The position numbers and the translations under genes are program-made. A stretch of DNA of 64,000 bases from an uncultured Bacteroidota bacterium (lineage in GTDB: Bacteria > Bacteroidota > Bacteroidia > UBA7662 > CAMTUB01), in NCBI GenBank assembly GCA_947084835.1, contig CAMTUB010000012.1, forward strand, positions 4,387 through 68,386, read 5' to 3'. The notes under the pieces are model-generated. The model made no database searches, was not told the DNA's origin, and saw nothing but the letters and a program-made list of their open reading frames with translations. Below, in pieces: positions 17,703-28,065 of the stretch (position 1 is the stretch's first letter; each line of letters opens with the position of its first letter).

Positions 17703-19031
17703 CTACTTAATTAAGTGTTGCCAAATGTCGTTTCCGAAAACAAATACCATTAAACTTAAGAGCAGAATCATACCAAAATATTGGGCAACCATGAGTGTTT
17801 TTTCGCCAACTGGTTTTCCCGTTATCATTTCTATAATTAAAAACACCACATGTCCACCGTCTAATGCAGGAATTGGGAGTAAATTCATGAATGCTAAAAC
17901 AATAGAGAGGAGAGCTGTAGTTACCCAAAAGCGGTACCAGTCCCAAATTCCACCATACATTTTTTTAGCAATTGCAATTGGCCCACCCAATGATTTTGAA
18001 ACCGGTATATCGCCACTAAACATTTTGCCAAAACCTTTTACATTATCCGAAAGTGTTTTGTATGCCATGTTGTAACCTGCAGGAATTGCAGATAAAAGAG
18101 AAAATTCTGTAAACCTAAAATTAAATTCCTCTGCTTTTGGATAAAAACCTAAAGTGCCGTCTTCAGAGATTACTGGTTTTAAAACAACAGGTGCGTTTTC
18201 ACGCATTACGGTCAGGTTTATTTGCTTTCCAGCAAAACTTTTGAGTGCTAATTGTGCCTCGTCATAGTAACGAATTGGGATTTCGTTTATCCCAACTATA
18301 GAATCGCCTGAACGAAGTCCAGCCTCATAACCAGGGTTTCCTTTTATGACTTCAGCAACCGAAAATGTAGTTCTTGGAAGTAAAAACGATGTTTTTTCTG
18401 CATCAATAAACGTTGAAGCAAAATCGGAGGGAAGTGTGATTTTAAAAACAGAGTCGTTTCTGCTTAAAGTAACTGTACTGTTTTGAGTTAGTAATAAATC
18501 GCTAGAATAGATATCGTTGAACCTTTCCGCAGGCCTGTCGTTAATTGCTATAATTTTATCGCCAGTGTTAATCCCAACTTCATGAGCAAGTTGCGATGCA
18601 ACAATGCCATGCTTTAACGATGTCATGGGTATGTATTTTTCACCGAAGTAGAATAAAACTCCAGAGAAAATTATGATTCCTAACAGTGCATTAACAATAA
18701 CCCCACCCACCATAACAATAAGTCTTTGCCATGCTGGTTTAGATCTGAATTCATGAGGTTCAATAGGGGTGTCTAATTGATCTTTGTCAAGCGACTCATC
18801 GATCATTCCAGCAATCTTGACATAACCGCCTAAAGGCAGCCATCCAATGCCGTATTCAGTATCTCCTTTTTTGAATTTTAAAAGGCTTATGTTCCACGCA
18901 TCAAAGAAAAGGTAAAATTTTTCTACTTTAATCCCAAACATTCTCGCAGCGAAAAAATGACCAGCTTCATGTAAAATTACAAGTATTGATAATCCCAAAA
19001 GAAGTTGGGAAATCATAATAAGTACTTCCAT
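17703..19031 (-). CDS. rseP: RIP zinc metalloprotease RseP (site-2 protease, M50 with PDZ)
   Basis: HEAGHFFAARMFGI carries the HExxH motif. A PDZ domain and the C-terminal LDGG motif are present. Confidence 0.9.
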   Translation of the reverse strand: MEVLIMISQLLLGLSILVILHEAGHFFAARMFGIKVEKFYLFFDAWNISLLKFKKGDTEYGIGWLPLGGYVKIAGMIDESLDKDQLDTPIEPHEFRSKPAWQRLIVMVGGVIVNALLGIIIFSGVLFYFGEKYIPMTSLKHGIVASQLAHEVGINTGDKIIAINDRPAERFNDIYSSDLLLTQNSTVTLSRNDSVFKITLPSDFASTFIDAEKTSFLLPRTTFSVAEVIKGNPGYEAGLRSGDSIVGINEIPIRYYDEAQLALKSFAGKQINLTVMRENAPVVLKPVISEDGTLGFYPKAEEFNFRFTEFSLLSAIPAGYNMAYKTLSDNVKGFGKMFSGDIPVSKSLGGPIAIAKKMYGGIWDWYRFWVTTALLSIVLAFMNLLPIPALDGGHVVFLIIEMITGKPVGEKTLMVAQYFGMILLLSLMVFVFGNDIWQHLIK

Positions 19032-19034
19032 TTA

Positions 19035-20195
19035 TTATAGTAATGAGGTTGCGAATATACGGCTTTCCTTATCAGTAGCTATATAGTCATCAAGGTTAGG
19101 TGTGAGAATAAAGGGTAAATTACCCATTGTTTTTTCAATTATTTCAGGAATTTTTAAAAAAGGAATTTTTTCATGAAGAAAGGCATCCACAGCAATTTCA
19201 TTGGCAGCATTTAAAATACATGCTAAATTTCCGCCCTTTTTCATCGCTTCATAAGCTAATCTTAAACATGAAAAGGTTTCAAAATCTGGCTTTTGAAAAT
19301 TCAAAGTGGGGTAATTTGTAAAATCTAATCGTTGAAAATTGTTTTTTAAGCGAGCTGGAAAACCTAATGCATATTGAATGGGTAATTTCATGTCAGGTAA
19401 ACCTATTTGTGCTTTTATACTTCCATCTGTAAATTGAACCAAAGAATGAACAATAGATTCTGGATGTACAAGAACTTCGATTTTATCAGCATCGCAATTG
19501 AACAACCATTTTGCTTCAATAACTTCTAAGCCCTTATTCATCATGGTAGCAGAGTCAATGGTGATTTTTGCGCCCATATTCCAATTCGGATGTTTTAAAG
19601 CTTGCCCTTTTGTGACTTTTGAAAGATCTGATTTATTAACCCCCCTAAATGGACCACCTGAAGCTGTCAATATAATTTTCTCAACACTGCTTTCGCTTTC
19701 ACCAACTAAACATTGGAAAATAGCTGAATGTTCAGAATCTACAGGGATTACTGGAACCCTATTTTGGATTGCTAACTCTTGAATTAACTGACCCGCAACA
19801 ACAAGCGTTTCCTTATTTGCTAATGCAATTGTTTTTTTTGCTTTTATGGCTTCTATTGTGGGCAATAATCCTGCATATCCAACCATTGCAGTAAGTACAA
19901 TATCGATGGAATCCATAGTAACAGCTTGCGAAATAGCGTCTAATCCTGCAAAAACTTTGATAAAAGTTTTTGAGAGCGCATCCTTAACCATCAAATACTT
20001 AGATTCATCGGCAATTACAACTGCATTGGGTTGAAACTCTAATGCTTGCTGAATAAGAAGGTCTGCATTTGAATTTGCAGTTAACAATTCAACCGAAAAT
20101 TTTTCTGGAAACGCACGTACAATTTCTAATGCCTGGGTGCCAATCGAACCGGTTGACCCCAATATAGCAATTGCCTTGGATGAAGAAGTAGACAT
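19035..20195 (-). CDS. dxr: 1-deoxy-D-xylulose-5-phosphate reductoisomerase
   Basis: ILGSTGSIGTQALEIV is an NADPH-binding motif; 386 aa. Confidence 0.9.
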   Translation of the reverse strand: MSTSSSKAIAILGSTGSIGTQALEIVRAFPEKFSVELLTANSNADLLIQQALEFQPNAVVIADESKYLMVKDALSKTFIKVFAGLDAISQAVTMDSIDIVLTAMVGYAGLLPTIEAIKAKKTIALANKETLVVAGQLIQELAIQNRVPVIPVDSEHSAIFQCLVGESESSVEKIILTASGGPFRGVNKSDLSKVTKGQALKHPNWNMGAKITIDSATMMNKGLEVIEAKWLFNCDADKIEVLVHPESIVHSLVQFTDGSIKAQIGLPDMKLPIQYALGFPARLKNNFQRLDFTNYPTLNFQKPDFETFSCLRLAYEAMKKGGNLACILNAANEIAVDAFLHEKIPFLKIPEIIEKTMGNLPFILTPNLDDYIATDKESRIFATSLL

Positions 20196-20229
20196 ATTTG
20201 TTTTAAATGTTCAATTAAATCCTATAAAA

Positions 20230-20262
20230 AAAGCTCTGCTAATAGCAGAGCTTAAATATATT
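20230..20262 (-). terminator. Rho-independent terminator after rplS
   Basis: Perfect hairpin AGCTCTGCT-att-AGCAGAGCT, followed by TTTTTTT on the minus strand. Confidence 0.8.
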
Positions 20263-20281
20263 AGGCAAAATCAAAAATGAA

Positions 20282-20629
20282 TTATATTTTTTTTGATTTG
20301 ATACGTGCAGCTTTACCTTTTGCATCGCGCAAGTAGAATATACGAGCTCTGCGAACAATGCCGCGCTTATTTACCTCAATTTTTTCTAAAAATGGGCTAG
20401 AAATTGGGAAGATACGCTCTACACCAACGCCATTCGAAATTTTACGAACTGTAAATGTTTCAGTAACACCATGGCTTCTTCTCTGAAGAACTACACCTTG
20501 GAATATCTGGATACGCTCTTTGTTTCCTTCTTTAATCTTATAATGTACACTTATCGTGTCACCTGACTTAAAAGAAGGTAATTCATTTTTGTTGATGGTT
20601 TGTTCTTCAACGTATTTTATAAGACTCAT
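20282..20629 (-). CDS. rplS: 50S ribosomal protein L19
   Basis: 115 aa; ...[28 protein letters not shown].... Confidence 0.95.
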   Translation of the reverse strand: MSLIKYVEEQTINKNELPSFKSGDTISVHYKIKEGNKERIQIFQGVVLQRRSHGVTETFTVRKISNGVGVERIFPISSPFLEKIEVNKRGIVRRARIFYLRDAKGKAARIKSKKI

Positions 20630-20697
20630 AACGAGAGGATTTCTAAACGAGTTGCAAAAGTAGCCTTGGAAATCGAATTTACCAAGACTTTTATAAA

Positions 20698-21372
20698 TTA
20701 TTTAAGTAAATCAGGGCGTCTTTCTTTAGTTTTTTCTAAAGATTGTTCGAAACGCCATTCATCAATTTTTGCTTGGTTGCCTGATAGTAAAACTGGAGGC
20801 ACTTCGCGGCCTTCCCAACTTGCTGGTCTTGAGTAGGTTGGATGGTCTAGAAGTCCATCTTGAAATGAGTCGTTAAGAGCGCTTGTTTCATCGCTTATAA
20901 CTCCTGGAATAATTCTGCAAATGGCATCGGTTAAAACAGCAGCTGCAAATTCACCTCCAGATAAAACATAATCGCCAATTGAGATTTCACGGGTAATGTA
21001 TTTATCTCGAATTCTTTGATCAATACCTTTATAATGCCCACAAAGTAGAATTATATTTTTTTGCAACGAAAATGCATTAACTTTTTGTTGGTTTAGTGTT
21101 TCGCCATCAGGTGTCAAAAAAATTACTTCATCGTAACTTCGTTGTTCCAATAAGAAATCAAGTGCTGATGCAATCGGCTGAACCGTCATAACCATTCCTG
21201 ATCCACCACCAAATGGATAATCGTCTACTTTGTTATGTTTATCTTTACTGAATTTCCGGATATCGTGTAAATGAATTTCAACCAAATTTTTATTTAGCGC
21301 TCTTTTAGGAATAGAACATCCAAACGGGCCATCAAAAAAAGTTGGAAAAAGGGTTAAAATATCAATCCTCAT
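20698..21372 (-). CDS. trmD: tRNA (guanine37-N1)-methyltransferase. The start is trimmed to [10 protein letters not shown].
   Basis: Conserved TrmD N-terminus and SPOUT fold. It overlaps the rimM stop. Confidence 0.9.
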   Translation of the reverse strand: MRIDILTLFPTFFDGPFGCSIPKRALNKNLVEIHLHDIRKFSKDKHNKVDDYPFGGGSGMVMTVQPIASALDFLLEQRSYDEVIFLTPDGETLNQQKVNAFSLQKNIILLCGHYKGIDQRIRDKYITREISIGDYVLSGGEFAAAVLTDAICRIIPGVISDETSALNDSFQDGLLDHPTYSRPASWEGREVPPVLLSGNQAKIDEWRFEQSLEKTKERRPDLLK

Positions 21373-21898
21373 TTTCAGTAATGTACACATCAAGCAACCC
21401 ATCTGGAAGGCGTGTATACATGATTTTTAAATCATTATCAACGCGCAAAACCAAATCATCATGGAGTGGAAAAAATGCTTCCTGATTTTTATGATTAAAA
21501 GCAATTAATATTTGAGTTCCTGTATCAAAAACGTTATTAATTGTACCAATATTCCCTAGTTTTTCATCTTCAACAATGTAACCAGGTAATTGATGGTAAT
21601 AATATTGTTCCTTTTTTAAAACGGGCAATGCAGAAAGGGGCATGTAAACATCTTTGCTAACCAAAAGTTCTGCAGATTCAGAATCTAAATCTTCAATAGT
21701 TAAAAGGTACTCATTTGTTCTTAAATGGCGTACCGCGGTTACAAAAAAAGGAACCGGTTTACCAGAAATATCTAAGTAAATCGATTCCATTTTTTTATAA
21801 TGCGAAGGGTTGTCCGCATCAATTACCAATACTAACTGGCCTTTAGTGCCGTGAGTATGGGATAAGTAACCTAGTTCGAAAAAATCGTCCTGGGTCAT
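21362..21898 (-). CDS. rimM: Ribosome maturation factor RimM
   Basis: 178 aa with RimM N-terminal and PRC barrel domains. It sits in the rpsP-rimM-trmD-rplS context. Confidence 0.85.
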   Translation of the reverse strand: MTQDDFFELGYLSHTHGTKGQLVLVIDADNPSHYKKMESIYLDISGKPVPFFVTAVRHLRTNEYLLTIEDLDSESAELLVSKDVYMPLSALPVLKKEQYYYHQLPGYIVEDEKLGNIGTINNVFDTGTQILIAFNHKNQEAFFPLHDDLVLRVDNDLKIMYTRLPDGLLDVYITENED

Positions 21899-21903
21899 TA
21901 AGC

Positions 21904-22461
21904 TTATTCTTCAGTAGAAGCAGTTTCTTCTCCTGCAGCTTCAGCTTCAGTGTTTTCGATAACCTCTGGAGCTTCTTCAACTTCTGGAGTTTCTTCTACT
22001 ACTGGAGTGTTTTTCTTGATTATAGATTCAGCGCGATTTGCATTTGTTTTCTTTTCTGCATCTAAACGAGAAGAAAGGTCACTTGCTTTGTTTTTAGACA
22101 ATGTGTCTACTTTAGAAGTGATTTTTCCAGTTTTGTTTGCAGTCCAAACAGCGAATTTCTCATCTGCTTGTTCTTGAGTGAAAATGCCTTTAGTAACCCC
22201 TTTTTGTAGGTACTTCATGTATAATACACCTTTGTAAGAAAGAATTGCACGTGCTGTTTCTGTTGGTTCAGCACCGTTATTCAGCCATGTTAAAGCTTCG
22301 TTAACGTCAATTTCAATGGTAGCCGGGTTCGTAAGCGGGTTGTAATAACCTAAACGCTTAATCGATTTTCCATCTCTTGGAGCACGCGAATCCGCCACCA
22401 CTATATGATAAAAAGGTTTTCCCTTTTTACCAAATCTTTGTAATCTAATACGTACGGCCAT
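21904..22461 (-). CDS. rpsP: 30S ribosomal protein S16 with a long acidic Ala/Glu/Thr-rich C-terminal extension
   Basis: MAVRIRLQRFGKKGKPFYHIVVADSRAPRDG; 185 aa. Confidence 0.9.
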   Translation of the reverse strand: MAVRIRLQRFGKKGKPFYHIVVADSRAPRDGKSIKRLGYYNPLTNPATIEIDVNEALTWLNNGAEPTETARAILSYKGVLYMKYLQKGVTKGIFTQEQADEKFAVWTANKTGKITSKVDTLSKNKASDLSSRLDAEKKTNANRAESIIKKNTPVVEETPEVEEAPEVIENTEAEAAGEETASTEE

Positions 22462-22523
22462 TGAAAATTATGGTTTAAAAATAAAGTGCAAATGTAATAA
22501 TGTTTTTTAATAAATCAAAGGTT

Positions 22524-23849
22524 TTATCTTCCCATTGGCATATTTGGCATGCCCTTCATGTTTTTCATTTGCCCAAACTGTTTCATCATTTTGCGCATAT
22601 CATCGAATTGTTTGATCAATTGGTTAACCTTATTGATATCTGTTCCAGAACCGTTCGCTATTCTTGTTTTACGAGTCCCTTTGATAACATCGGGGTTTTG
22701 GCGTTCGTGAGGGGTCATAGACTTAATAATTGCTTCGATATCTTTGAAAGAATCATCGTTAATATCTACATCTTTTAATGCTTTGCCCATCCCTGGAATC
22801 ATTTTAACTAGGTCTTTCAGATTTCCCATTTTCTTTATTTGTTGGATTTGAGAAAGGAAATCTTCGAAATTAAATTGATTCTTTAAGAGTTTGCTTTGTA
22901 GGCGGTTAGCCTCTTTTTCATCGTATTGCAATTGTGCTCGTTCAACTAACGTTATCACGTCACCCATGCCCAAGATTCGTTGCGCCATCCTATCTGGATG
23001 GAAAACGTCTAAGGCATTCATTTTTTCGCCTGTACTTATGAATTTTATAGGTTTTCCAACAGTATAGCTAATAGTTAAAGCAGCTCCACCGCGAGTATCA
23101 CCGTCTAATTTAGTAAGGATAACACCCGTAAAGTCTAATTTTTTATTGAAAGTATCTGCTGTGTTTACCGCATCTTGTCCGGTCATTGAATCCACTACGA
23201 ATAAAATTTCGGTTGGATTTAATTGTTGCTTTAACATAGCAACTTCAGACATCATTACTTCATCTACTGCCAGTCGGCCTGCAGTATCCACAATTACCAC
23301 TTGGTAACCGTTGGCTTTTGCATGTTTAACAGCGTTTTCTGAAATCTGTACAGGGTTTAAATTTCCTTCTTCAGCATAAACCTCAACCCCAATTTGTTCA
23401 GCTAAAACTTTAAGCTGATTAATTGCTGCAGGGCGATATACGTCACATGCAACTAATAAGGTTTTCTTGTTTTTTGATTTCAGCAAGGTTGCTAGTTTTC
23501 CAGAAAATGTTGTTTTTCCTGAACCTTGTAGACCTGCAATTAGTATAATTGATGGATTACCAGATAGTTGCAATTCACTTACTTTCTCACCCATGAGCGT
23601 GGTTAGCTCATCAGACATAATTTTGGTAAGCAATTGTCCTGGAGAAATAGCCGTTAAAACATTTGCTCCAAGCGCTTTTTCACGAACAGTATCGGTAAAT
23701 TTCTTTGCAATACTGTAACTAACATCCGCATCGATTAATGCCCTACGAATGTCTTTCATTGTAGATGCAACGTTAATTTCAGTTATTTTACCTTGACCCT
23801 TAAGGGTTTGAAAGGCTTTTTCTAATTTATCCGATAAATTGTCGAACAT
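22524..23849 (-). CDS. ffh: Signal recognition particle protein Ffh
   Basis: NG domain GLQGSGKTT plus an M domain with a Met-rich C-terminus. Confidence 0.95.
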   Translation of the reverse strand: MFDNLSDKLEKAFQTLKGQGKITEINVASTMKDIRRALIDADVSYSIAKKFTDTVREKALGANVLTAISPGQLLTKIMSDELTTLMGEKVSELQLSGNPSIILIAGLQGSGKTTFSGKLATLLKSKNKKTLLVACDVYRPAAINQLKVLAEQIGVEVYAEEGNLNPVQISENAVKHAKANGYQVVIVDTAGRLAVDEVMMSEVAMLKQQLNPTEILFVVDSMTGQDAVNTADTFNKKLDFTGVILTKLDGDTRGGAALTISYTVGKPIKFISTGEKMNALDVFHPDRMAQRILGMGDVITLVERAQLQYDEKEANRLQSKLLKNQFNFEDFLSQIQQIKKMGNLKDLVKMIPGMGKALKDVDINDDSFKDIEAIIKSMTPHERQNPDVIKGTRKTRIANGSGTDINKVNQLIKQFDDMRKMMKQFGQMKNMKGMPNMPMGR

Positions 23850-23903
23850 GATTTATGAACTGTTTGGGGTGCAAAATTAAAGTTTTTTAACGAGAAATAA
23901 GAA

Positions 23904-24473
23904 TTAGATAGCATCATATAAAAGATTCATGTATTCCGCATCAGGAATTTCAATGGCTCCAAATTGTTTTAAATGTGGATTTAGGAATTGTGTATCTAAC
24001 AAAATAAAATCATTTTTTTTAAGGTAATCGACTAAATAAATAAGCGCAATTTTTGATGCATCGGTTTCTGTATGAAACATACTTTCACCAAAAAATGCTT
24101 TTCCGATGGATACTCCATAAAGGCCACCGACTAATTTGGAGTTATGCCATGTTTCGAAACTAAATGCATACCCACTGTTGAAAAGGTTGATATAGGCTTC
24201 AATTATTTCTTCAGAAATCCATGTTTTATCCCTTTTTGAGCAACCTCGGATTACCTCTTCAAATGCCGAGTTCATCCTAAGTTCAAATTTATTTTGTTTG
24301 TAAAGTCGCTTAAGGTTTTTTGGAATGTGGAATGTATTTAAAGGAATTATGCCCCTTAACTCAGGTTTAAACCAATGAATTTCTTGGTTTTGGTCTTCAT
24401 CAGCCATAGGGAAATAGCCATTTGAATAAGCATATAGTAACATGTTTAAATCAATCATGAATAATTTTATCAA
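23904..24473 (-). CDS. aat: Leucyl/phenylalanyl-tRNA--protein transferase
   Basis: ...FPMADEDQNQEIHWFKPELRGIIPL...; 189 aa. Confidence 0.85.
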   Translation of the reverse strand: MIKLFMIDLNMLLYAYSNGYFPMADEDQNQEIHWFKPELRGIIPLNTFHIPKNLKRLYKQNKFELRMNSAFEEVIRGCSKRDKTWISEEIIEAYINLFNSGYAFSFETWHNSKLVGGLYGVSIGKAFFGESMFHTETDASKIALIYLVDYLKKNDFILLDTQFLNPHLKQFGAIEIPDAEYMNLLYDAI

Positions 24474-25872
24474 GAACTTTAGTGGATGATATTTGACCTT
24501 TTTTGGTGATGGGTAAAATTACTTCACAACCGTATAAAATATAGCCTGATTTAGATTTGACACTGTTTTTAACAGCCTTAAATTCGATATTTACTAATAA
24601 ATCAGGTTTAACTGAAATAACTGGACCAAATTTTTGCAACGTATATTTTTCTATATAAAGTTGAAGCAACATTCTCGATTCAGTATCTAAAATAGTTGTG
24701 ATTTTTTGAATTGAAATTATGTTATCGTTACTTGTTAGTCCTAATGTTAAATCAAAGTAAATTCCATTCGTATAATCAACATATAATATGCAAGTTGTGA
24801 GTTTATGTTTATGGATGTTTTGAATCCAGAATTCATTATTATTTATTTGATAAATAGCATTTAACAGGTGGCTATTATTAGCTTCTAAATTATAACTAGT
24901 TATAAATAAACTGTTGTCAATCAGTTGTATATCTTTCGTGTGTTCGTTGAATAAGTTGATATCAATCTCTTTGGTACTTTGATTGGAATGTGATTTAAAA
25001 AAAATGAAACTGTATTTTTTTTTGTCTAAAGAATCATTCTTAAAGTAGTGGTTATTTATTGAAATATCTTCTTCAACATCTCCTTTTTTAATAAGCCAGC
25101 CTTCTAAAATAAAATCAATATCCACTTCATTAGATATTTCAAAATCTAGAGGCAAAATGCCGTTCTGAGTTGAATAAAAAAGTATTTGATTATTTTCTTT
25201 AGTTAAGAAAAGGACATCAGATGATAAAAAACAGTAAGATGGATTTACCTTATTTAAAGTATTTACGTTTTCAATTATACTTTGGCAAAATTGATATTGA
25301 TGAAAAACTGAAGACCGATTAGACTCCCTATATTTCCCCTGATTTTTAAAGACATAATGCTTCGAAAGCAATTTTTCATTTATCTGATATTTTGCAGCAA
25401 TTATTTTCAAAATATCGAAGGAGTTAAAAGGTGTAATCCAATGGTTTAGGGCAATTTCACTCAGAAAGATTCTTTCCTTTTGATTCCCTTTTTGTAAAAG
25501 TGTTAAAAAGTTGAAATTCAATTGATCTGCGTCTGAATTCTCAAAAAATAAATTCAGATTAAATAGTGATATGGTTTCTCTTTTAGATTTTTGAGGTATT
25601 GCGAGAATTAAATTTTGGGTTTGCGTACCCGCATCTTTTTTAACAAATTCAATTAACCAATCTGGATAATTAAGCTGCGTTAATATTTTTGATTTTAGTT
25701 TTTGGTGCGTAAGGATTAAAGTTCTCGGATATTTATATATAATTTTTAACAATACCTCAATTTCATCGAATGTAGTTTGATTAACGAAAGATGTTAAAAT
25801 TTTCTTTTTTGAAACATTTGAGCTTGAATCTTCAAATTGGGTTAATATTTCAATTAAAGAATGGGTTAACAT
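24451..25872 (-). CDS. ATP-dependent DNA ligase homologue with degenerate catalytic motifs. It has the ligase N-terminal DNA-binding domain, an NTase-like domain and an OB-like C-terminus, and is A+T-rich.
   Basis: The N-terminus (LIEILTQFEDSSSNVSKKKILTSFV...DEIEVLLKIIYKY) resembles the ligase DNA-binding domain. EGWLIKK resembles motif IV (EGxxxK). The C-terminus (GPVISVKPDLLVNIEFKAV) resembles the ligase OB domain. Where KxDG should be, I find only KNQGKYR. Hand-counted 60-nt lines give ~25-28% G+C. Confidence 0.45.
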   Translation of the reverse strand: MLTHSLIEILTQFEDSSSNVSKKKILTSFVNQTTFDEIEVLLKIIYKYPRTLILTHQKLKSKILTQLNYPDWLIEFVKKDAGTQTQNLILAIPQKSKRETISLFNLNLFFENSDADQLNFNFLTLLQKGNQKERIFLSEIALNHWITPFNSFDILKIIAAKYQINEKLLSKHYVFKNQGKYRESNRSSVFHQYQFCQSIIENVNTLNKVNPSYCFLSSDVLFLTKENNQILFYSTQNGILPLDFEISNEVDIDFILEGWLIKKGDVEEDISINNHYFKNDSLDKKKYSFIFFKSHSNQSTKEIDINLFNEHTKDIQLIDNSLFITSYNLEANNSHLLNAIYQINNNEFWIQNIHKHKLTTCILYVDYTNGIYFDLTLGLTSNDNIISIQKITTILDTESRMLLQLYIEKYTLQKFGPVISVKPDLLVNIEFKAVKNSVKSKSGYILYGCEVILPITKKGQISSTKVLDKIIHD

Positions 25873-26834
25873 TATTTTTTATCAAATACCTCTGAATTGT
25901 ATCCCAATTCAGTTAAATATTTAGCGTATTCTTCAGAATATCCATGAGTAGTAAGAATTCTTTCAGCACCTGATTCTTTAACCGTTGTGATTAGCTCATC
26001 CCAGTCTGCATGATCGCTCATAACAAAGCCTTTTTGCACACCATATCGCGCTTTGTATTCCTCTTTTACCATCCAACCCGATGCAATAGAAGATTTATAG
26101 GGCAGCTCATTTTCGAACAAGAATCGCTTTAAATTATTAGGTGGAATTAAAACAAATGCGCCTTTATCTTCAGGTTTTAATCGGTATTTGAAATCAAATT
26201 TTGGCAAATCGACCCATTTATTTAGCGCCATATTCATTTCGTGAATTAGTGGATGTAGATAAACTTTATTAATGGTTGGATTTAAGCCGCTTAAAATGCG
26301 CTGTGCTTTTCCTAAAGAATAGGCTAACATGATGGAAACATGTCCTTCTTCAGCATTATTTGACCACCACGAATTTATATCTTGATGTATTTTTTCTGGA
26401 TCAGGCCATTGATAAATTGGAAGTGCAAATGTTGTTTCTGTAATTAATGTGTTGCACTTTAGTAATTCAAAAGGTTCAGTAATTCGGTCCGAATGCCTTT
26501 TAAAATCGCTTGTTATAACCCAAACTTCTCCTTCGAATTCAACCCTAACCTGTGCAGAGCCTAGGATATGTCCGGCCGGATGTAAACTGATTTTCACCCC
26601 ATTAATAACCATTTCTTCACCAAAAGCTACTGTTTTAAAATTAAGTTTTGGGTTTATACGCTTGCGTAAGGTAGCTACAGTTGCTGGCGTAGCTATATAC
26701 AGTTTATGACCTACTTTGTAATGATCTGCGTGGGCATGTGTGATAATGCTTTTATCAACAGCTCGTGTTGCATCAATATAAATATCGGCTATGGGTATGT
26801 AGGGACCTTTTTTAGTGTGAATTATCAGGTCCAT
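25872..26834 (-). CDS. Ligase-associated DNA-damage-response exonuclease (metallo-beta-lactamase / beta-CASP fold)
   Basis: HAHADH matches the HxHxDH motif. It is 320 aa and is translationally coupled (ATGA overlap) to the ligase-like gene. Confidence 0.7.
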   Translation of the reverse strand: MDLIIHTKKGPYIPIADIYIDATRAVDKSIITHAHADHYKVGHKLYIATPATVATLRKRINPKLNFKTVAFGEEMVINGVKISLHPAGHILGSAQVRVEFEGEVWVITSDFKRHSDRITEPFELLKCNTLITETTFALPIYQWPDPEKIHQDINSWWSNNAEEGHVSIMLAYSLGKAQRILSGLNPTINKVYLHPLIHEMNMALNKWVDLPKFDFKYRLKPEDKGAFVLIPPNNLKRFLFENELPYKSSIASGWMVKEEYKARYGVQKGFVMSDHADWDELITTVKESGAERILTTHGYSEEYAKYLTELGYNSEVFDKK

Positions 26835-27975
26835 TTGCTTTTTTTGAAGTGTTTAAAAAATTTTCGATTTCGCTTTGTTTTACAACTCCAATGAATTCGT
26901 TTTCATTAAATACGGGATGAATATCTAAATCGGAAGTCTTCATTAAATCTATGGCGTACTGAATTGAATCATTTGGCCTTAGCTTCTCCCACGTTTTTTG
27001 CATTATATCTTGAACATGGGTAAAGGATTGACCCAGCTCAATTAGGTTTAATAATTTCCCTTTTTGAGTTATTCCAACTGGCTCGTTTTGACTGTTTACA
27101 ACTAAATAGCTCTCTTCTTTGCCGTTTTCTATTACTTCATATGCGCTTCCTACGCGTTCGTTTTCATAAATGCTAGTAAACGTAGAAGGCAAAAATGCAG
27201 CAATAGGTATATCTGTAACCGTAAATTCTTTTTGATTTACCTGTTTAGCTTCTGATCTTGCACCCATTAATATAAATGCACCAATTATTGAAAGGGTTAA
27301 TTCTCCATAAAAAAGCCCAACACCTATAAAAACTAATGAAATTAATTGACCAATTATTGAAGCAGCCTGAGTACCCTTTTTGTATCCAAAAATTGCCGAT
27401 AAAAGGGAACGTAAAATTCTTCCACCATCCATGGGAAAAGCGGGAATAAGATTAAATATTACTAGAATTATATTGGCTTCAAATAAGGTTATCAAAAATG
27501 AAGATCCAAAAAAAGCCTCGTTAGAGTCTTTGGTTGTTCGTTGAATGATGGTGTAAATCCGTTCAATTCCGACCGAATAATAAAGTCCTATAAATAGGAT
27601 AATGGCGATAACAACATTAACTAAAGGACCAGCAATTGCAACTAAAAACTCTTGAATTGGTTTTTCCGGCATTTTTTCAAGTCGTGCTATTCCACCAATG
27701 GGTAAAAGGTTTATGTCTTTGGTGTCAATCCCAAATCTTCGAGCCATCAATGCATGGCCAAATTCATGAAAGGTAACGCATAGAAATAAGCTAAAAACAA
27801 AAGCAACTTGTTCTATTATACCTAAGAAAACTTCACCTTGTTGAATGGCACTAGAGATTATCCATAAAATCAGAAGCCAAAACGACCAATGAACATAAAC
27901 TTGGATACCTGCAAACTTAAAAAGACGGATTGATCCCTGCATAATTTCGGCTAAATTAACGCTGTTTACTAGCAA
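26812..27975 (-). CDS. Site-2 protease family (M50) zinc metalloprotease with a C-terminal CBS-domain pair
   Basis: HEFGHALMARRFGI carries HExxH. Multiple TM segments, the LDGG-like motif MDGGRIL and a CBS-like C-terminus are present. Confidence 0.8.
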   Translation of the reverse strand: MLVNSVNLAEIMQGSIRLFKFAGIQVYVHWSFWLLILWIISSAIQQGEVFLGIIEQVAFVFSLFLCVTFHEFGHALMARRFGIDTKDINLLPIGGIARLEKMPEKPIQEFLVAIAGPLVNVVIAIILFIGLYYSVGIERIYTIIQRTTKDSNEAFFGSSFLITLFEANIILVIFNLIPAFPMDGGRILRSLLSAIFGYKKGTQAASIIGQLISLVFIGVGLFYGELTLSIIGAFILMGARSEAKQVNQKEFTVTDIPIAAFLPSTFTSIYENERVGSAYEVIENGKEESYLVVNSQNEPVGITQKGKLLNLIELGQSFTHVQDIMQKTWEKLRPNDSIQYAIDLMKTSDLDIHPVFNENEFIGVVKQSEIENFLNTSKKANGPDNSH

Positions 27976-28027
27976 TTAATTCATTATTTATAAAATTGAT
28001 TGAATATTTGAAAAAGTGAGGTTTGTA

Positions 28028-28056
28028 AAAGAAAAGCCACTGTAGAGTGGCTTTTC
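28028..28056 (-). terminator. Rho-independent terminator after hppD
   Basis: Hairpin GCCACTC-tac-AGTGGC with flanking T-runs on the minus strand. Confidence 0.6.
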
Positions 28057-28065
28057 TTTTACAGT

